A program made the translations under genes and the position numbers. A stretch of 64,000 bases of DNA from positions 192,001 through 256,000 of the forward strand of contig CAXXUA010000015.1 in assembly GCA_963663765.2 (NCBI GenBank), written 5' to 3'. Positions 19,267-32,454 of this stretch are shown one piece after another (the first letter of the stretch is position 1; each line of letters begins with the position of its first letter). The stretch is from Candidatus Poribacteria bacterium. GTDB taxonomy: Bacteria; Poribacteria; WGA-4E; WGA-3G. A model generated the notes under the pieces. The model saw nothing but the letters and a program-made list of their open reading frames with translations, had not been told where the DNA came from and ran no database searches.

Positions 19267-20073
19267 ATGTTGTTCTCAACCCGAAGAAAACTCTTACATA
19301 TATTTCTAAAGTGTAGCTATATCAGTATCAGTTGTGTATTGTGTTTCTACTATTTTGGTTGTATCCCAGACCAAGAGAAGACTGAAGAATTGACCGTGTT
19401 TGCAGCTATGAGTTTATCAGATGCACTCACCGAGATAGGTGATCAGTTTACCAAAGCGAATAAGACTTCTGTTTATTACAACTTGGCTGCTTCTACAACA
19501 TTACAAAGACAAATAGAAAAAGGTGCTTCCGCTGATGTCTATATTTCTGCAAGTCCTATACAGGTTGAAACACTGAAAACTTTGAATCTTGTTGAAGGAA
19601 ATAGTCAAAATGATCTATTAAAGAATCGTTTAGTAATTGTTACCCATCAGGAAAGAGAGATTGAATTAGACAAAGTTGGACAACTATTGGATCCAATTAT
19701 ATCACGAATTGCTATTGGGCAACCTGAGATTGTTCCTGCGGGTACTTATGCAAAGGAAGCAATCTCACACTTTGGTCTGTGGGATAAGTTGCAACCGAAG
19801 CTGATATACGGTTTGGATGTTCGGTCAACACTTGCTTATCTTACAGTTGGTAATGTAGACCTGGCAATTGTGTATGAGACCGACACAAATGTAAGTGATG
19901 AAGTGAAAGTTATTTACCGTTTTAACGAAGAAACACATTCACCTATTGTCTATCCTGTTGTAACACTGAAAAATAGCAAACGTAAACAGACAGCTGAAAG
20001 ATATATTACTTTTTTGAAGACACAGCAAGCAACCGAAATATTCAAAAAACACGGTTTTATCCCTTTGATATAA
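19267..20073 (+). CDS. modA: Molybdate ABC transporter substrate-binding protein
   Basis: VFAAMSL, AASTTLQRQIEKGASADVYISAS, VPAGTYAKE, HSPIVYP; exact start uncertain. Confidence 0.92.
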   Translation: MLFSTRRKLLHIFLKCSYISISCVLCFYYFGCIPDQEKTEELTVFAAMSLSDALTEIGDQFTKANKTSVYYNLAASTTLQRQIEKGASADVYISASPIQVETLKTLNLVEGNSQNDLLKNRLVIVTHQEREIELDKVGQLLDPIISRIAIGQPEIVPAGTYAKEAISHFGLWDKLQPKLIYGLDVRSTLAYLTVGNVDLAIVYETDTNVSDEVKVIYRFNEETHSPIVYPVVTLKNSKRKQTAERYITFLKTQQATEIFKKHGFIPLI

Positions 20074-20108
20074 GAATAGACCTACAAACCAAATCCAGTC
20101 AGGTTTCA

Positions 20109-20789
20109 ATGCGGATTACTCCTGAAGAAGTTACTGCCCTATTGCTATCTGTCAAAGTTGCGTTGTTTAGCCTTGTTGTAATGTTTCCACCTGGTCTGTT
20201 GATTGGATGGATTCTTGCTAAACGTGAATTTCCTGGGAAATCCATCATAAATACTATTGTGATGTTACCGCTGGTTCTTCCTCCTGTGGTAAGTGGTTAC
20301 ATAATCCTTATCTTGTTAAGTAAGAAGGGACCGATCGGCGGAATTATCTTTGACTTATTCAAAATTGAGATTGTTTTTAGTCAATTCGCTGTTGTGATTG
20401 CTGTATCCATCATCTCCTTTCCTTTGTTAGTCAGGGGAATAATGACAGGTATTGCATCAGTTCCCACGGATCTTGAAGATACTGCACGAACATTAGGTGC
20501 AACTCCTATAAAAGTTTTCTTTACTGTTACATTACCGCTGGCAAAGCAAGGAATAATTGCTGGTGTAATCCTTGGTTTTGCAAAGAGTCTTGGTGAGTTT
20601 GGTGCAACCTTTATGGTCGCAGGAAACATCCCTGGAAAAACACAAACATTAGCACTTTCTATTTTTTCCGCAGTTCAACTTGGACAAGATATTACAGTCT
20701 ATAGGTTAGTGTTTATCTCAACTATTCTGGCGTTTGTGGCAATATTGATAACTGAAAAATATCAATCTACTTCCACTATAAAGGATTAA
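20109..20789 (+). CDS. modB: Molybdate ABC transporter permease
   Basis: LPLVLPPVVSGY, EDTARTLGA, FAKSLGEFGAT..AGNIPGKTQT. Confidence 0.95.
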   Translation: MRITPEEVTALLLSVKVALFSLVVMFPPGLLIGWILAKREFPGKSIINTIVMLPLVLPPVVSGYIILILLSKKGPIGGIIFDLFKIEIVFSQFAVVIAVSIISFPLLVRGIMTGIASVPTDLEDTARTLGATPIKVFFTVTLPLAKQGIIAGVILGFAKSLGEFGATFMVAGNIPGKTQTLALSIFSAVQLGQDITVYRLVFISTILAFVAILITEKYQSTSTIKD

Positions 20790-20826
20790 ATAGGTTAGAA
20801 ACAATACGAAAAGGAGTATATTTCAC

Positions 20827-21132
20827 ATGGATATGTTAATCATCTTTACAATTATTTTGGGTTTTGTTTTCACACTACTTGCTGCTATGAATCGTCGATC
20901 TAAAAGACTTAAATCTCGTAAGAGAAGTCAGCAAGACGATGGTTTTGTCGATTCATCTGGAACTGATGATGGCTTATTTACAGGTTTACTACTTGGCAAT
21001 ATGCTAAGTGATGATGGAACAGACGATGCTTCCACCAATTCAGATGCAGGTGGTTCTGATGGTGGTGGTGACTTTGGTGGAGGCTTTGATGGTGGAGGAG
21101 GCTTTGATGGTGGAGGAGGCTTTGATGGTTAA
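20827..21132 (+). CDS. Small membrane protein with acidic Gly-rich tail
   Basis: RBS AAGGAG, N-terminal TM helix, basic patch, GGGFD repeats. Confidence 0.75.
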   Translation: MDMLIIFTIILGFVFTLLAAMNRRSKRLKSRKRSQQDDGFVDSSGTDDGLFTGLLLGNMLSDDGTDDASTNSDAGGSDGGGDFGGGFDGGGGFDGGGGFDG

Positions 21133-21236
21133 GGTGGATGTGAATAGCATTCATTAAAATATTCGTCGAATAAGTAATCCATATTTGGTTCGGATTTTTC
21201 GGTATTGGACAATTACTTGGTTAGACCTTAGATGAT

Positions 21237-22322
21237 ATGAAAAACATCGGCAGTATCTCCTTAGACTTATGCATTAGTTTAGGTAATTTCAAATTGGAAG
21301 TGGATTGTCAACTGCATCAAAAGGTTACTGCGTTTTTAGGTGCGTCCGGTAGTGGCAAAACAACTCTACTGAATTGTATATGTGGCACTTTGTCCCCAAA
21401 TCAAGGTGAGATTACATTTGGTGATGAAGTGTTGTATTCTTATGATATGAAAGTCAACGTTCCATCAAACCTTCGTCGTTTTGGGTATGTGTTTCAAGAA
21501 GGACACCTATTTCCACACCTGACTGTTGAGCAGAATATCCGATATGGACAATCACGTAAATTGCGTAGCCGGCAAGATAGCATCTCTCAAGAAATTGAAA
21601 TTCTTGAAATCTCAGAGTTACTGAATCGTTATCCAAGTCAACTCTCTGGTGGACAACGTCAACGCGTTGCGATTGCTCGCGCACTTGCGATGAAACCACG
21701 TTTGCTATTGATGGATGAACCACTTGCTTCACTGGATGGTGGATTGAAGAGTCGAATAATTCCATATATTCACCATATCAAGAATAAATTTGAAATACCA
21801 ATCATCTATGTTACGCATGCTATTTCAGAAGCGATGGCACTTGCTGATGAAGCGTTTTTGCTATCCGATGGGAAAATCACTGCAAAAGGCGAACCCCATC
21901 AAATACTCACATCTCCATCCGCATTACCAATAGCAAATCTAACGGGAGTTGAGAATATATTCAATTTACCCGTGACAAGGTCAGACAAACAGAAAGGTAT
22001 CACAGAATTAAAGATTGGTTCTCAACAACTTGTTGTTCCCTATATTGACGTGGAAATCGGTAAACATACTCCTATCGCAATTCGCGCAGAGGATATTATC
22101 ATTTCACTGGAACCGAATTTGCCTATTAGTGCTCGTAACATTTTGCGTGGAAAGGTTGATGAAGTTGATGACCAAGTACTTCTATCAATTCTCGTTGAAG
22201 AACAACGATTTTCAGTAAAAATAACGCACGATGCGCGCGAACAACTGCAGTTATGTAAAGGAAAAGAGGTCTACTGTGTCATAAAAGCCAATGCTGTCAA
22301 TCTGCTTTGGAACGAATCATAG
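21237..22322 (+). CDS. modC: Molybdate ABC transporter ATP-binding protein
   Basis: Walker A GASGSGKT, LSGGQRQR, LLLMDEP, C-terminal TOBE region ISARNIL. Confidence 0.93.
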   Translation: MKNIGSISLDLCISLGNFKLEVDCQLHQKVTAFLGASGSGKTTLLNCICGTLSPNQGEITFGDEVLYSYDMKVNVPSNLRRFGYVFQEGHLFPHLTVEQNIRYGQSRKLRSRQDSISQEIEILEISELLNRYPSQLSGGQRQRVAIARALAMKPRLLLMDEPLASLDGGLKSRIIPYIHHIKNKFEIPIIYVTHAISEAMALADEAFLLSDGKITAKGEPHQILTSPSALPIANLTGVENIFNLPVTRSDKQKGITELKIGSQQLVVPYIDVEIGKHTPIAIRAEDIIISLEPNLPISARNILRGKVDEVDDQVLLSILVEEQRFSVKITHDAREQLQLCKGKEVYCVIKANAVNLLWNES

Positions 22323-22961
22323 TTGTCTCTGTAGTCTCTCCCAGAGTTTATCCACCTGTTTTTTCAGTTCATCAGGTGAACCGTTATTTTCTATGACAAC
22401 ATCTGCATACTTTACTTTTTCAGAAAGTGGCATTTGAGCGTCGATTCGAGCTTGTGCTTCTGTTTTTGTGATGTGCCGATTCTGTCCTTTACTGCGGTCT
22501 ATGATACGTCTTAATTGTTTTTCGTGAGACGATGTCACGACGACAATTAAATCAACAGTATTGTAAGCACCCGCTTCTATGAGTAATGGGGCATCCAAAA
22601 GGACAACACTTGATGGGTCGTCCGTAACAAGTTCACGGGCGCGGATTCGGGAACGTTTGATAATCAATGGGTGAAGGATTGCGTTTAGTTTTTCACGTTC
22701 CTTTTTGTCATTAAATACAATTTTCCCCATTTTTTTTCTACTTACATCACCATTTTCATCAAGGATCTCAATCCCAAAAGATTCGGTAAGTTCATCAATA
22801 ACTGGACTGTCAGCTTTTAGCAGTTGATGTCCAATTTCATCAGCGTTAATTGGAATTGCACCTTTCTCTGCAAGAAGTTCAGTTACGGTAGTTTTCCCGC
22901 ATGCAATTCCGCCAGTTATCCCAACGATTATCCCACGATTGATGTTTGGAAGTTTCTGCAT
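22317..22961 (-). CDS. coaE: Dephospho-CoA kinase
   Basis: GITGGIACGKTTV, ADEIGH, LNAILHP, DAPLLIE, RIDAQMPL..K..ADVVIEN. Confidence 0.95.
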   Translation of the reverse strand: MQKLPNINRGIIVGITGGIACGKTTVTELLAEKGAIPINADEIGHQLLKADSPVIDELTESFGIEILDENGDVSRKKMGKIVFNDKKEREKLNAILHPLIIKRSRIRARELVTDDPSSVVLLDAPLLIEAGAYNTVDLIVVVTSSHEKQLRRIIDRSKGQNRHITKTEAQARIDAQMPLSEKVKYADVVIENNGSPDELKKQVDKLWERLQRQL

Positions 22962-23002
22962 AGGTATTAGAGATTAGTATAATCTATAAGGAAGTTAACA
23001 TA

Positions 23003-26000
23003 TTAATTTTCTGTAGGAGAGAATACTAAGTCATCAAACGGATTACCGTCTTGGTCAGTAACACGTAGGTAGAATCCCCATCCTCCAGTTTTTTCACACA
23101 CCTTGACGAGTACGCTGTTTTTGCCTTTTTTTAGTTTTACTGGATAATTCAAGCGATCGATAGATGTTGCATAGGTTCTCATATTTACTCCAGCAACTAT
23201 CCCGTTTAACCAGATTTTCCCTTGATCATCGCTATCAAAACGGAATTGTACTTCTCTATCATCGGGTGAAGTGATGGTTGTAAATGCATAACCAGCACAT
23301 AAATCTAATCCTTCACCGAGATTGATAAAGGCGTTTAAGTTGTCATCTTTAAGTTTTTTCCAACTTATATTGCCATTCTTCCCATCGTACTTTGAAATAA
23401 GGTCAATTTTTGTTATTTCTTCTGAGATGAATTGGGTATCAAAAGCATTATCATTGCTATTGTCAAAAGGACCAAGATACATCCATTTGTCTTCTGTGAT
23501 GAAACCGGTTTTTTGTATGTTTTCTCTTGCTGTCTCATGCATATCATTCTTAAGACAATATTCTGCAATGAGTAATCTAAGGTTTAGTTGAACAACAACG
23601 TTTTTTGTTTCAGTGTTTACAAGTTCGTTTAATAATTCAACATAACTCTCTTTATTATCAGTATTATTTCCGTAATCTGATATCCAACCGAAGAATTTGC
23701 GTTGAAAAGTGCCAGTACTCAGGGTTTTAAAACCTTTTTTTAACGCCTCAAGTGCATCGTCCTTCTGTCCGATAACAAGGTAGACATATCCCAAAGTAAG
23801 TACATTTTCTGAGGAGTTATCAAGTTGGGCTGCAAGTTTAGCATTCTTAATTGCTTCTTCAGGTAAAATACCTTTATTAAGAATTTCAATTGCAAAATTA
23901 TTATAATTACTTGCAGAACCTTGTTGGTTAACTTGTCGTTGTCGTAGCTCTACCCACTGTGTGTAAGCGTTTTTGGCTTTTTCTGTTTCGCCTGCTTTTG
24001 AGTATGCATCTCCTAATATTTCAAATAGGGTAGCACTGTTTTTTATTTTCTGTTGAAGTTCTTTAAGTTTTGCAATACCATTGTCCTGATTCTGTGTGTT
24101 TGCATAAATGTCCCAGATGGCTTGAATTGCATCATTGTGGTTGCTCTGTGTTAGGGGTGCGTCTAACGCACGTAAATAAACATTCTCCACTTCAGAATTC
24201 TTTCCAAGTTTAGTATAGGATTCTGCCAATGACTGGTATAAATCATAGGAAGTTGGATCGAGTTCTATAGTTTTTTCATAAGCTGCAGCAGCTTTTGTAA
24301 GATGACCTTTCTTGGTATTCTCAAATACATTTCGCGCATAAGGTGAAATACTTGCATTATCGATTAGAGTTCCATGGTTATTGTTATCAGTAGAATCAAG
24401 TGTTATTCCATTGTTTTCACCGTCAAATTTCCAATATGCCACTAATCCTTTTTCATTGCCATTTAGTTCGTGGTTCATATCTGTTAGGATTTCTTGCTGT
24501 GTGCGTGCGATATTCCAGATTCGCACTTCATCAATTTGTCCTATAAATGAGGACGAATCTACTTCTGTTGTTACATGGGTTGCTCCTATGCGGAGTGGAA
24601 GTCGAGTTTTCATTAAACTATCTTGTCCATTAAAATGTCTATTGCCGACTTCAAATCCATTAACGAATACCTTCATGTTATCTTGCTTTGCATTGATGAC
24701 ACCTGCAATGTGAGTCCAAGTATTTAGTTTAATGAGATTTGGTTCAGAATAAAGGGATGCATATCCTCCTCCTTTAGGTGATCCATTAATTTTGAGCTTC
24801 CCATCTTGCCTAATAACGAGTATGTAACTTCGTTGCCTAAAGTTCTGTCTTTTCTCATCACTTTTAAAGACAATGCGTACATAATTGCTTGGAAAACTGG
24901 TTGGATATATCCAAGCTGATACCGTCACTTGATCTGTAATGCTGTTCAGAGAGTCACTGGGTGGCACTTCAACAAAACTCCCATTTCCTTTCAGTTCAAG
25001 TGCGTTGCTCTTTCTAACTTCACCTGTCTCGAGCTTTTCTGGTGGTATTGTCAAATACAGTGTTCCAATTTTTTTATGCCATTGAATGTTATCGGGTTGG
25101 AGTTGACTAAGTGTTTCATAATGTGTAATGGCATCATTGAATTTATTGGCTTTTTCGTAGGTTTCTGCGAGGTTAAGTCGTGCTTCTGGGTCATCTGGAT
25201 ATTCCTGAACCTTCTTCAACAGTTTTGGTATCTGTTTCTCATAAAGGTTTCCAAGTCTTGACGCGCTTTCAATTTTCTTTCTTGCTTCATCTCTATCCCA
25301 AGAATTTTCACTCATGTTTAGGACCTGCTGATAGGTATAGACGGCTTCTTCGTATCTTTTTGCGGCATAGTAACTTTTGGCGAGTAGTTTATAAGCAGTT
25401 TCACCTGCTACTCCAAAACCGTACATGCGAGAATTAGCACTTTCAGCTATAGCAGCATCAGCTAATTTGATAGCCGAGTCATAGAGTTTTCCGTCATAAC
25501 AGATATTGCCAAGTTCCCGGAGGAAATATATACTATCATTATTACTGACAAAAAGTGCACTTTCTCCCTGTCTTAACAACTCTTTAGCTAACTCAGATTG
25601 TCCATTTCTATTATATGCTGCTGCAGCGTTGTAATAATACAACACACCGTTGGGTTGAAGTATGCTGAGTGCATTATAAGTTTCAGCCGCTTTTCCAAAT
25701 TCCTTTGCTCTGTTGTAAATCGCGGCGAGCAATTCTAAATTGACTATACTATCAGGATCGTTCTCAAGTCTCGTCTTGAAGATTGAGATTAGGACATCAA
25801 GTTTCTTGATATTATCATAAGCACGAATCAATCTATCACGTGCCAACTGAGCAGAATTTACAATTGACACAGAAAAAGCGAGTTCGTCATGTGTTTTTAT
25901 GGCTGCTTCGTCATTCCCAAGTTTAGGGTAAATTTCCAGCAATTGTTCATAGATTCTTGTTCGTTCAGAACTATCAGAAGTCATCTCAAGTGCTTTTACA

Positions 26001-29000
26001 TAAGCAGTACTTGCTTTTGAAAGTTTACCGTCGTCTTTATACGTATTAGCATGTTCTTTTTGCATCTCAAAAGTTATTGTACCGGCATCCGCAGCTTTTT
26101 GTACTGTTTCCTCAATCTTTTCCTTAGATCCAGATAGTTTCAATATTTCTCTTTGGATTCTCTGCCGTTCATATTCCTGTCCGGTGAATCGTAATGCTTC
26201 TTGGAAAGCCATCTTGGCAGCATCTTTGTCATCATTTCTAATATAAAGCGAAGCCAATTCCTTATAGCGTTTTACGTTTCCTGGTGCAAGTTCAATAGCT
26301 TTTTGGTAGCAAGCGATTGCCTTATCAATCTCATCTTCATTTGCATAAAGTCTTGCTTTGCGTTCATAATTGATTGGGTTGTCTACATCCTCTTTAATAA
26401 ATTGTTGTGTGGTTTCAAGAGCTTTTTCAATTTTACCAGCAGTTTGATATGTGTTGACAAGTCCATCCTGAAACTTTGTATTTTTTGGGTCCTCTGCAAG
26501 TAGTGCTTCCCATGTTTTGACAGCTTTTTCATGTTGGTTGTGGACTGTGTAAAGTGTAGCGAGTTGTGCGCGGGATTCAAAGTCTTCAGGAATAACTTCT
26601 TCAAGATGTGTGTAAATAAGTAGAGCATTTTGTCTCTCTTTACGACGAACGTAATCTCTTGCTAATGTTCGCAATGACCCGATGTCCATGTCCACTATTC
26701 TATCTTTGAGTTGAGTCGTATTGGATAGATCATCCCTGCGCTTCTTAATTGCAACCAACTTTTCTTCAGCTTCTCTTCGGTGGTGTGATTGTACTGATTG
26801 GTCATTGATGATTTCAGTTAAAATTGGTTCAGCTTCATCCCACATCTGTTCTTGAATAAATATTGAAGCGACATTCATATAATCCATAGAGTTACCACTT
26901 CGAATCCTGTGTCTTGCCATTTTTCTGTATGCGTCTTGTGCTTTCTCTGTTTCACCTTTTAAAGCATAGATCATACCGAGTCTACGATAGGTGTACCAAT
27001 AACCTTTTTGGCTTTGAATAATCTTTTCAAGAATTTCTTGTTCTCTTTCTCTTGCATCAGTTAGACGATTTGCTTCAGCTATTCTGTTTAGGTAGTTTGA
27101 ATTTATGTGCTCCGCATTAAGCATGTGCGTAGTAAGTTCGTCTGCTCCTTTTAGGTCATTTTCTGCAATTTTCATTATTGTAAGAAAGAAGCGTAAATTA
27201 TTATCATTAGGTTTTTCTGCAAGCTTAACTTCATACTCCTTAATCAACTCATTGAGTTTTCCAAGTGATTTGTAGTAACGAACCAACATATCTATGGTAA
27301 TTATCTGTGAGTATTCATCATCTATATCCAAGGTATCACGTAATATATGTATAGCTTTATCATATTCATTTAATTGTGCATAAGTCTCTGCTTTGTTGCG
27401 ATGATAATATGTATCCGTAGGTTGTGCTTGAATAAGTTTTTCATAAATCTCAATAGCTTCAGTGTATCTGTTTATATCCCTGAGTTCGGATGCAACATCA
27501 CGTGCTAATTCGTTATTGTAGTCCCGTCCGATAGAAGGAGAAATCATGTCTATCGCGATTGAGATGAGTTCGTCAACTTTTTCAGCTTTAAAGAAACATT
27601 CAATTGTATCCCAAGTATCGTAACCGAGTGAAGTTGGGTTATCTTTGAGTAGTCTTGTATATTCTGGGACCGCCTCGTTATATCTTCCACTGTGAAACAG
27701 AAGATCAGCATAACGTTTACGAGTCGTGGTGTCAGTTGGTCTTAATTCAAGTACTTTCTTGAATGCAGCTGATGCTTTGTCTATATGATCTTTCCCGTGA
27801 TAGAAATCTGCTAAGTTCAATTGAGCTTTATATGAGTTTGGGTTCTTTCTTGCTGCTTCAATTAATAACATTTCTCGTTCTTGTCTTGAATTTGTTTGAC
27901 TTGTAAGGTGGGTTGCCTGTTGTCGATTCCAAGTAGAGATTGTTCTTCCATATCTGTCACGTTTGTTTGCAAATCGGAGTGCACGTTCTGCGATTCGGAT
28001 AGCATCCTGTCCTCTTCCAAGATCCTCTAAGAGTTCACTTACATCCATTAGGAAATTCGGATCTTGTACTCCCATTGCTAAGTTCATTGCTTTATTCATA
28101 ATAGCAGAAGCATGTTGTGTATAACCGGCATTTTGTAGTTGTTCTGAAACTGTATATAGTTCACGTGCACTGCTTGGAGTTTTCAACAGATCCGTTATTA
28201 AATCCCTCACGACGACAGTATTTCCGGATTTAATTGCTAACTTTAGGATCAAGTTATAGTAATAACTCCGATTACTTGGGTCGGTGTTTGACAACTCCTC
28301 AAGCAATCGGAGTGTTCCTGCATTTTGTCCTGTTTGAATAGAGATGAAGACTGTGTTTAGTTTGAGTGATAGATCCTTTGGAAACTCTTTCTGCAGCGCA
28401 ACAAGTATCTCTTGGGCTTTTTCGCGCTCACCATTCCACCAATAGCAGTAACTTAGTGCTAATCCAGAGAAGATTCTATCTCTACCATCTGAGGCATCAA
28501 AGGTAGTCTGTAACTTTGTATATAAAGCTTCCTGTTGATTTTTGAACCATAGTTGTCGTGAAAAGGTTTTCAAATATCCCAACCTACTCCCTTGGTAATA
28601 AACAGTTCTTGTTGGGAAAATTGCTTGAATAGATGAACTGCTTGAAGATGATGAAATTGTTGTCAGTGATACCATACGTCGTATGTTCGTCAATTGAGGT
28701 TGAGTCCGTGTGCAGTAAATCCAAAAGAGATCAATTGCTTTGTCATATTGTTCAAGACTTAGGTATGTATTGGTAATATCATAATAAAGATATCTATATT
28801 TTGATTGCTGGGATTGTGTCGGTATTGGCACTCTATCTAATATACTTTCTGCAGTATCTGTTTTCATCATTAATGCCAATGTCTTAATCAGTGCTGCAAC
28901 AACGTCAATATCCATCACCTTTATATCTTCATATTTGCTTATTAGTTTTTCCGCTTCAGTCTTTTTCCCATCACGATAAAGTCTATTTATGTATTGTAAA

Positions 29001-32000
29001 TTGTACAAAAGCCGTTTTTCTTCATCCATTTCAGAGAACTTACTTATGTACTTTTCTAAAGTTTCAATAGAAGAATTATTTCTTAATGCTCTGTTATATC
29101 GGATGGCTTGGTAGGTTGAATCATTTGGAGAAACTGTGGTCAGTTGCTCAATTATTTCATCTGTTTTCTCTGTGTTATCAGTCAAAGTATAAATTTGCGC
29201 CAAAAGTTCAAGCGTATTAATGTCCTTTGGATTATTTTCTATCTGTTTTTCATACTGCTGAATAAACTGATTTAATTTTCCTTGATACTGCGATATAGTC
29301 ATTAAATGTACGAGCGCGCCTGCTTGAGCTTCATCGAAGTTACTGGGTTTCCATGCTTGGACGTTTCCTGCGCGGTAGGATTGGTCTTGTATATCATAGA
29401 GATGATACTGAGCAAGGTCAAATTTATCATAGTATATGCTTGAGAAAGTCTTTTTTGTATTAGTAGAGATTCCGCTTTCGGGAGGTTTTGGCATATTTAT
29501 AATACGTTTGAAATGTGATTGAGCGCGCTCAAATTCATTCATTGATACTAAGACCGTACCGAGTTGGAAGAGTGCCAAATGTGCATCTTTTCCAGTGATT
29601 TTTTCAGCTGCTCTGTCAAGGACCAGATTAGCTTCGTGAAGGTGTCCATGTTTAATGAGTAAACTCGCCAGTTTCACTTCAGCTTCAAGCGATTGGTTTT
29701 TAGCGTGTAGGAGTTTTGTCCATGCTTGTATAGCTTCCTGTTCACGTCCGGCATCGAACAGTAGTTCGCCAAGTCGTCTTTGATGTGTGGGGTCAGGATG
29801 AGCCTTTACAAGTCGTTCTTGATAAGATAATGCATCTTGATTATCTCCAAGATTGAGACTTATGCTTACCAATTGGGACAAGAGGTCTGGATCATTACGT
29901 TGCTTGTCTAAAGCGCGTGCAAGTTGGAATCTTGCACTTGGAAGGTCACCTTCCATACGGTGTAGTTCGGCGAGTGCTAAGACGGGGGCTGTATCAGACA
30001 CGTTGGATTTTGAGAGCTGCTTTAGTTTTTCCTTGAATTCACTACTACGTCCTAAATCATAATATGTTTCGGATAAGGGTTTGACAAAACTAATTTTATC
30101 ATTTACGGTATTGCACAATTCCCAGCATCGCCAATACTGTGCAAGTGCTTGTCTTGGTTTATCTGCAAGTTTGTACGTTTCAGCTAACTCCGTACGAATA
30201 TTAATTGCATCTGAACGCAAACGAATGGCTTGTTTGAGACTTTCAATTGCACGATCATAGTTAGTCGTTTGCTTTGCAATTTCTGCAAGTAACTGATGTC
30301 CTTCTGGATTGCGGGGACTATTTGCTATGACCTGTTTTGCTGCTTTGGTCGCAGCATCAGAGTCCATTACATTGAGATGAGAACGGGTAATATTTGTCCA
30401 GTATTCACGTGCATTCGCGCTGTCAACTTGAATGAGATGCATGTAAACAGCATTTGCATCGTCAAATCTGTTCTGTTTGATATAAACATCTGCAAGCCAT
30501 CGGTTGACAATAACATCATCAGGTTTAAGATCTCTTGCTTTTAAAATAACTTCCAGTGCATAAGTGATATTTCCTAACTTCAGATACATCTTAGCAAGTC
30601 TTTTCTGCTGAGCAAAGGTGTCAGCATTTGATTGTGCTGAATTATCAAGTTCTGTTTCCAGTGTTTCGATTTTTTCTACAAGTTTACCTTGTCTGCGGTA
30701 TAGTTCAATTCGCTGGTCATCCATTTCCTCAGCAAAGAAAGGGTTAGGAGCGATTTTCGTTGCTTCAGAAAATTGGATTTGTGCTTCATCAAAGTCTCCA
30801 TGCTTCATGAGTCGCTGCGCAAGTATCTTGCGATATTCATAGACATCTGGCATCAGTTCAACTGCTTTTTGACTTGCCTCAATTGCTTCTGTATGGAAGT
30901 TCTTTGAGCTGAGTAATTTTGCCAATCGATTGTAGTTTTCAGCGATCCCCTTGCTATCTACAACCATCCAGTTCCATGTTTCTATTGCTTTGTCACGACT
31001 ACCTTGACGAAGATAGAACTCTCCAAAATACTCAATATAGTCAAGGTTGTTTGGTGCAAGAGAAATGGCTTTTTGATATGCTGTAGTCGCATCTTCAATC
31101 CATTCATTACCTGTATAGATTTCAGCGAGGATGAGATGTGTACTTGCATTATTCGGATCACGATCAAGCATCTGTTTATATATTGACCTTGCTTGTTTTT
31201 CATCCTCCAACTGTATGTACAATTCACCGAGTTCGCGGTAAATTCCGAAATCGTCAGGGTCTTGTTCAAGAAGGTTTTCATATTCAGAGGCTGCTTCTGC
31301 AAATTTATCATCGTTGCGGAGGGCTGCAATAAGGTTTAATCGCAGAGTTGTGTCTGTCGGTGCTAATTCCAAACCCTTACGATAACCTTTTATACCCTCA
31401 TCCAGTTGCTGATTTTCAATGTATGCTGCCGCCAGTAGACCAAGTAGTTCCGGTTCATTTGGCGTTTTTTCAAGTTTTGTTGGTAATATCGTATTAATCC
31501 TTGCCAATCACTATCAGCAGCGAAAATTCCAATGATTCGGTGTTGTAGATCTTTTCGCAACCAGTTACCGGATGCGGTTAGTGCAAGTGCAGTGTCATAG
31601 CTTTGAATAGCCTGCTGATTGTCACCTTGTGTTTCATATATATTTCCTATTTCACGTTGGCTCAAGCATATTTGGTAAGGATCATCTTTTCTGAGTTTTA
31701 TAATTGCTTCATGCTGTGTTATTGCTTGTTGGTAGAGTTCCTGTTCAATGAATAGGTCTGCAAGTTCAGTGCGTGCAAATACGTCGTTTGGATTCAGTTC
31801 TGCGATCTTTGTCCAAGCTGTGATTGCTTCATCAATCTGGTCTCTGCGGAAGTATGCTCTACCAAGAGATTTGTATATTGTAGTAAATTCATCTGGTGTT
31901 GCATCCTGTATGTTTTTGGCTAATGTTGCAGCCTGTTTTAGTGCGTTGATGGCATTTTCATGCTGCAATAGCAATGTATACGTTTGTCCAAGAGCAAAAT

Positions 32001-32370
32001 GCGGATAATAACTGTTCGGTTCAAGTTCAACAGCACGTTCATAAGAATTGACTGCATCCGTTTCTTTTCCAATACGTTTGTAGATATGTCCTAAGATAAG
32101 ATGAATATTAGTGTCATCAGGTTTTTCTTCTGCTTCCGATTGAAAATCTGCTAACAATGCATCTAAACCAGCACCCTCCAAGTATAATTGATAGAGACGG
32201 TCAAAAGTACTCCCCTCTTTCGGCTTGTTCCTGAGCATCAATTTGTAGCGTTCAATTATCTGTTTGTCGTCTGTGGCATCTTGGGCAATGTTTAAGGCAG
32301 TGAAACAGAGGGATAAGGTAAGGATACACAACGATAATACCAGTAAAATGCTTAACTGTCGACTATACAT
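23003..32370 (-). CDS. Giant exported TPR-repeat protein with LamG domain and C-terminal beta-sandwich domain (~3,100 aa), split by a 1-nt frameshift near 31480
   Basis: ORFs 31390-32370 and 23003-31507 join as ...GLIRYYQ-TKLEKTPNEP if one A is added (TAC CA ACA); signal peptide; many TPRs; LamG (VSAWIYP, WTHIAGV, FIGQIDEVRIWN, GLVAYWKFD); C-terminal WMYLGPFDN..DSDDQGKIWLNG..GGWGFYLR. Confidence 0.85.
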
Positions 32371-32454
32371 AGAATGATCCTCTTATGAAAACGCAACGGG
32401 TTAGTGAGTCTTTCACGACTAACATTTCTGCAATAGTTTTGCTTATATATATTA

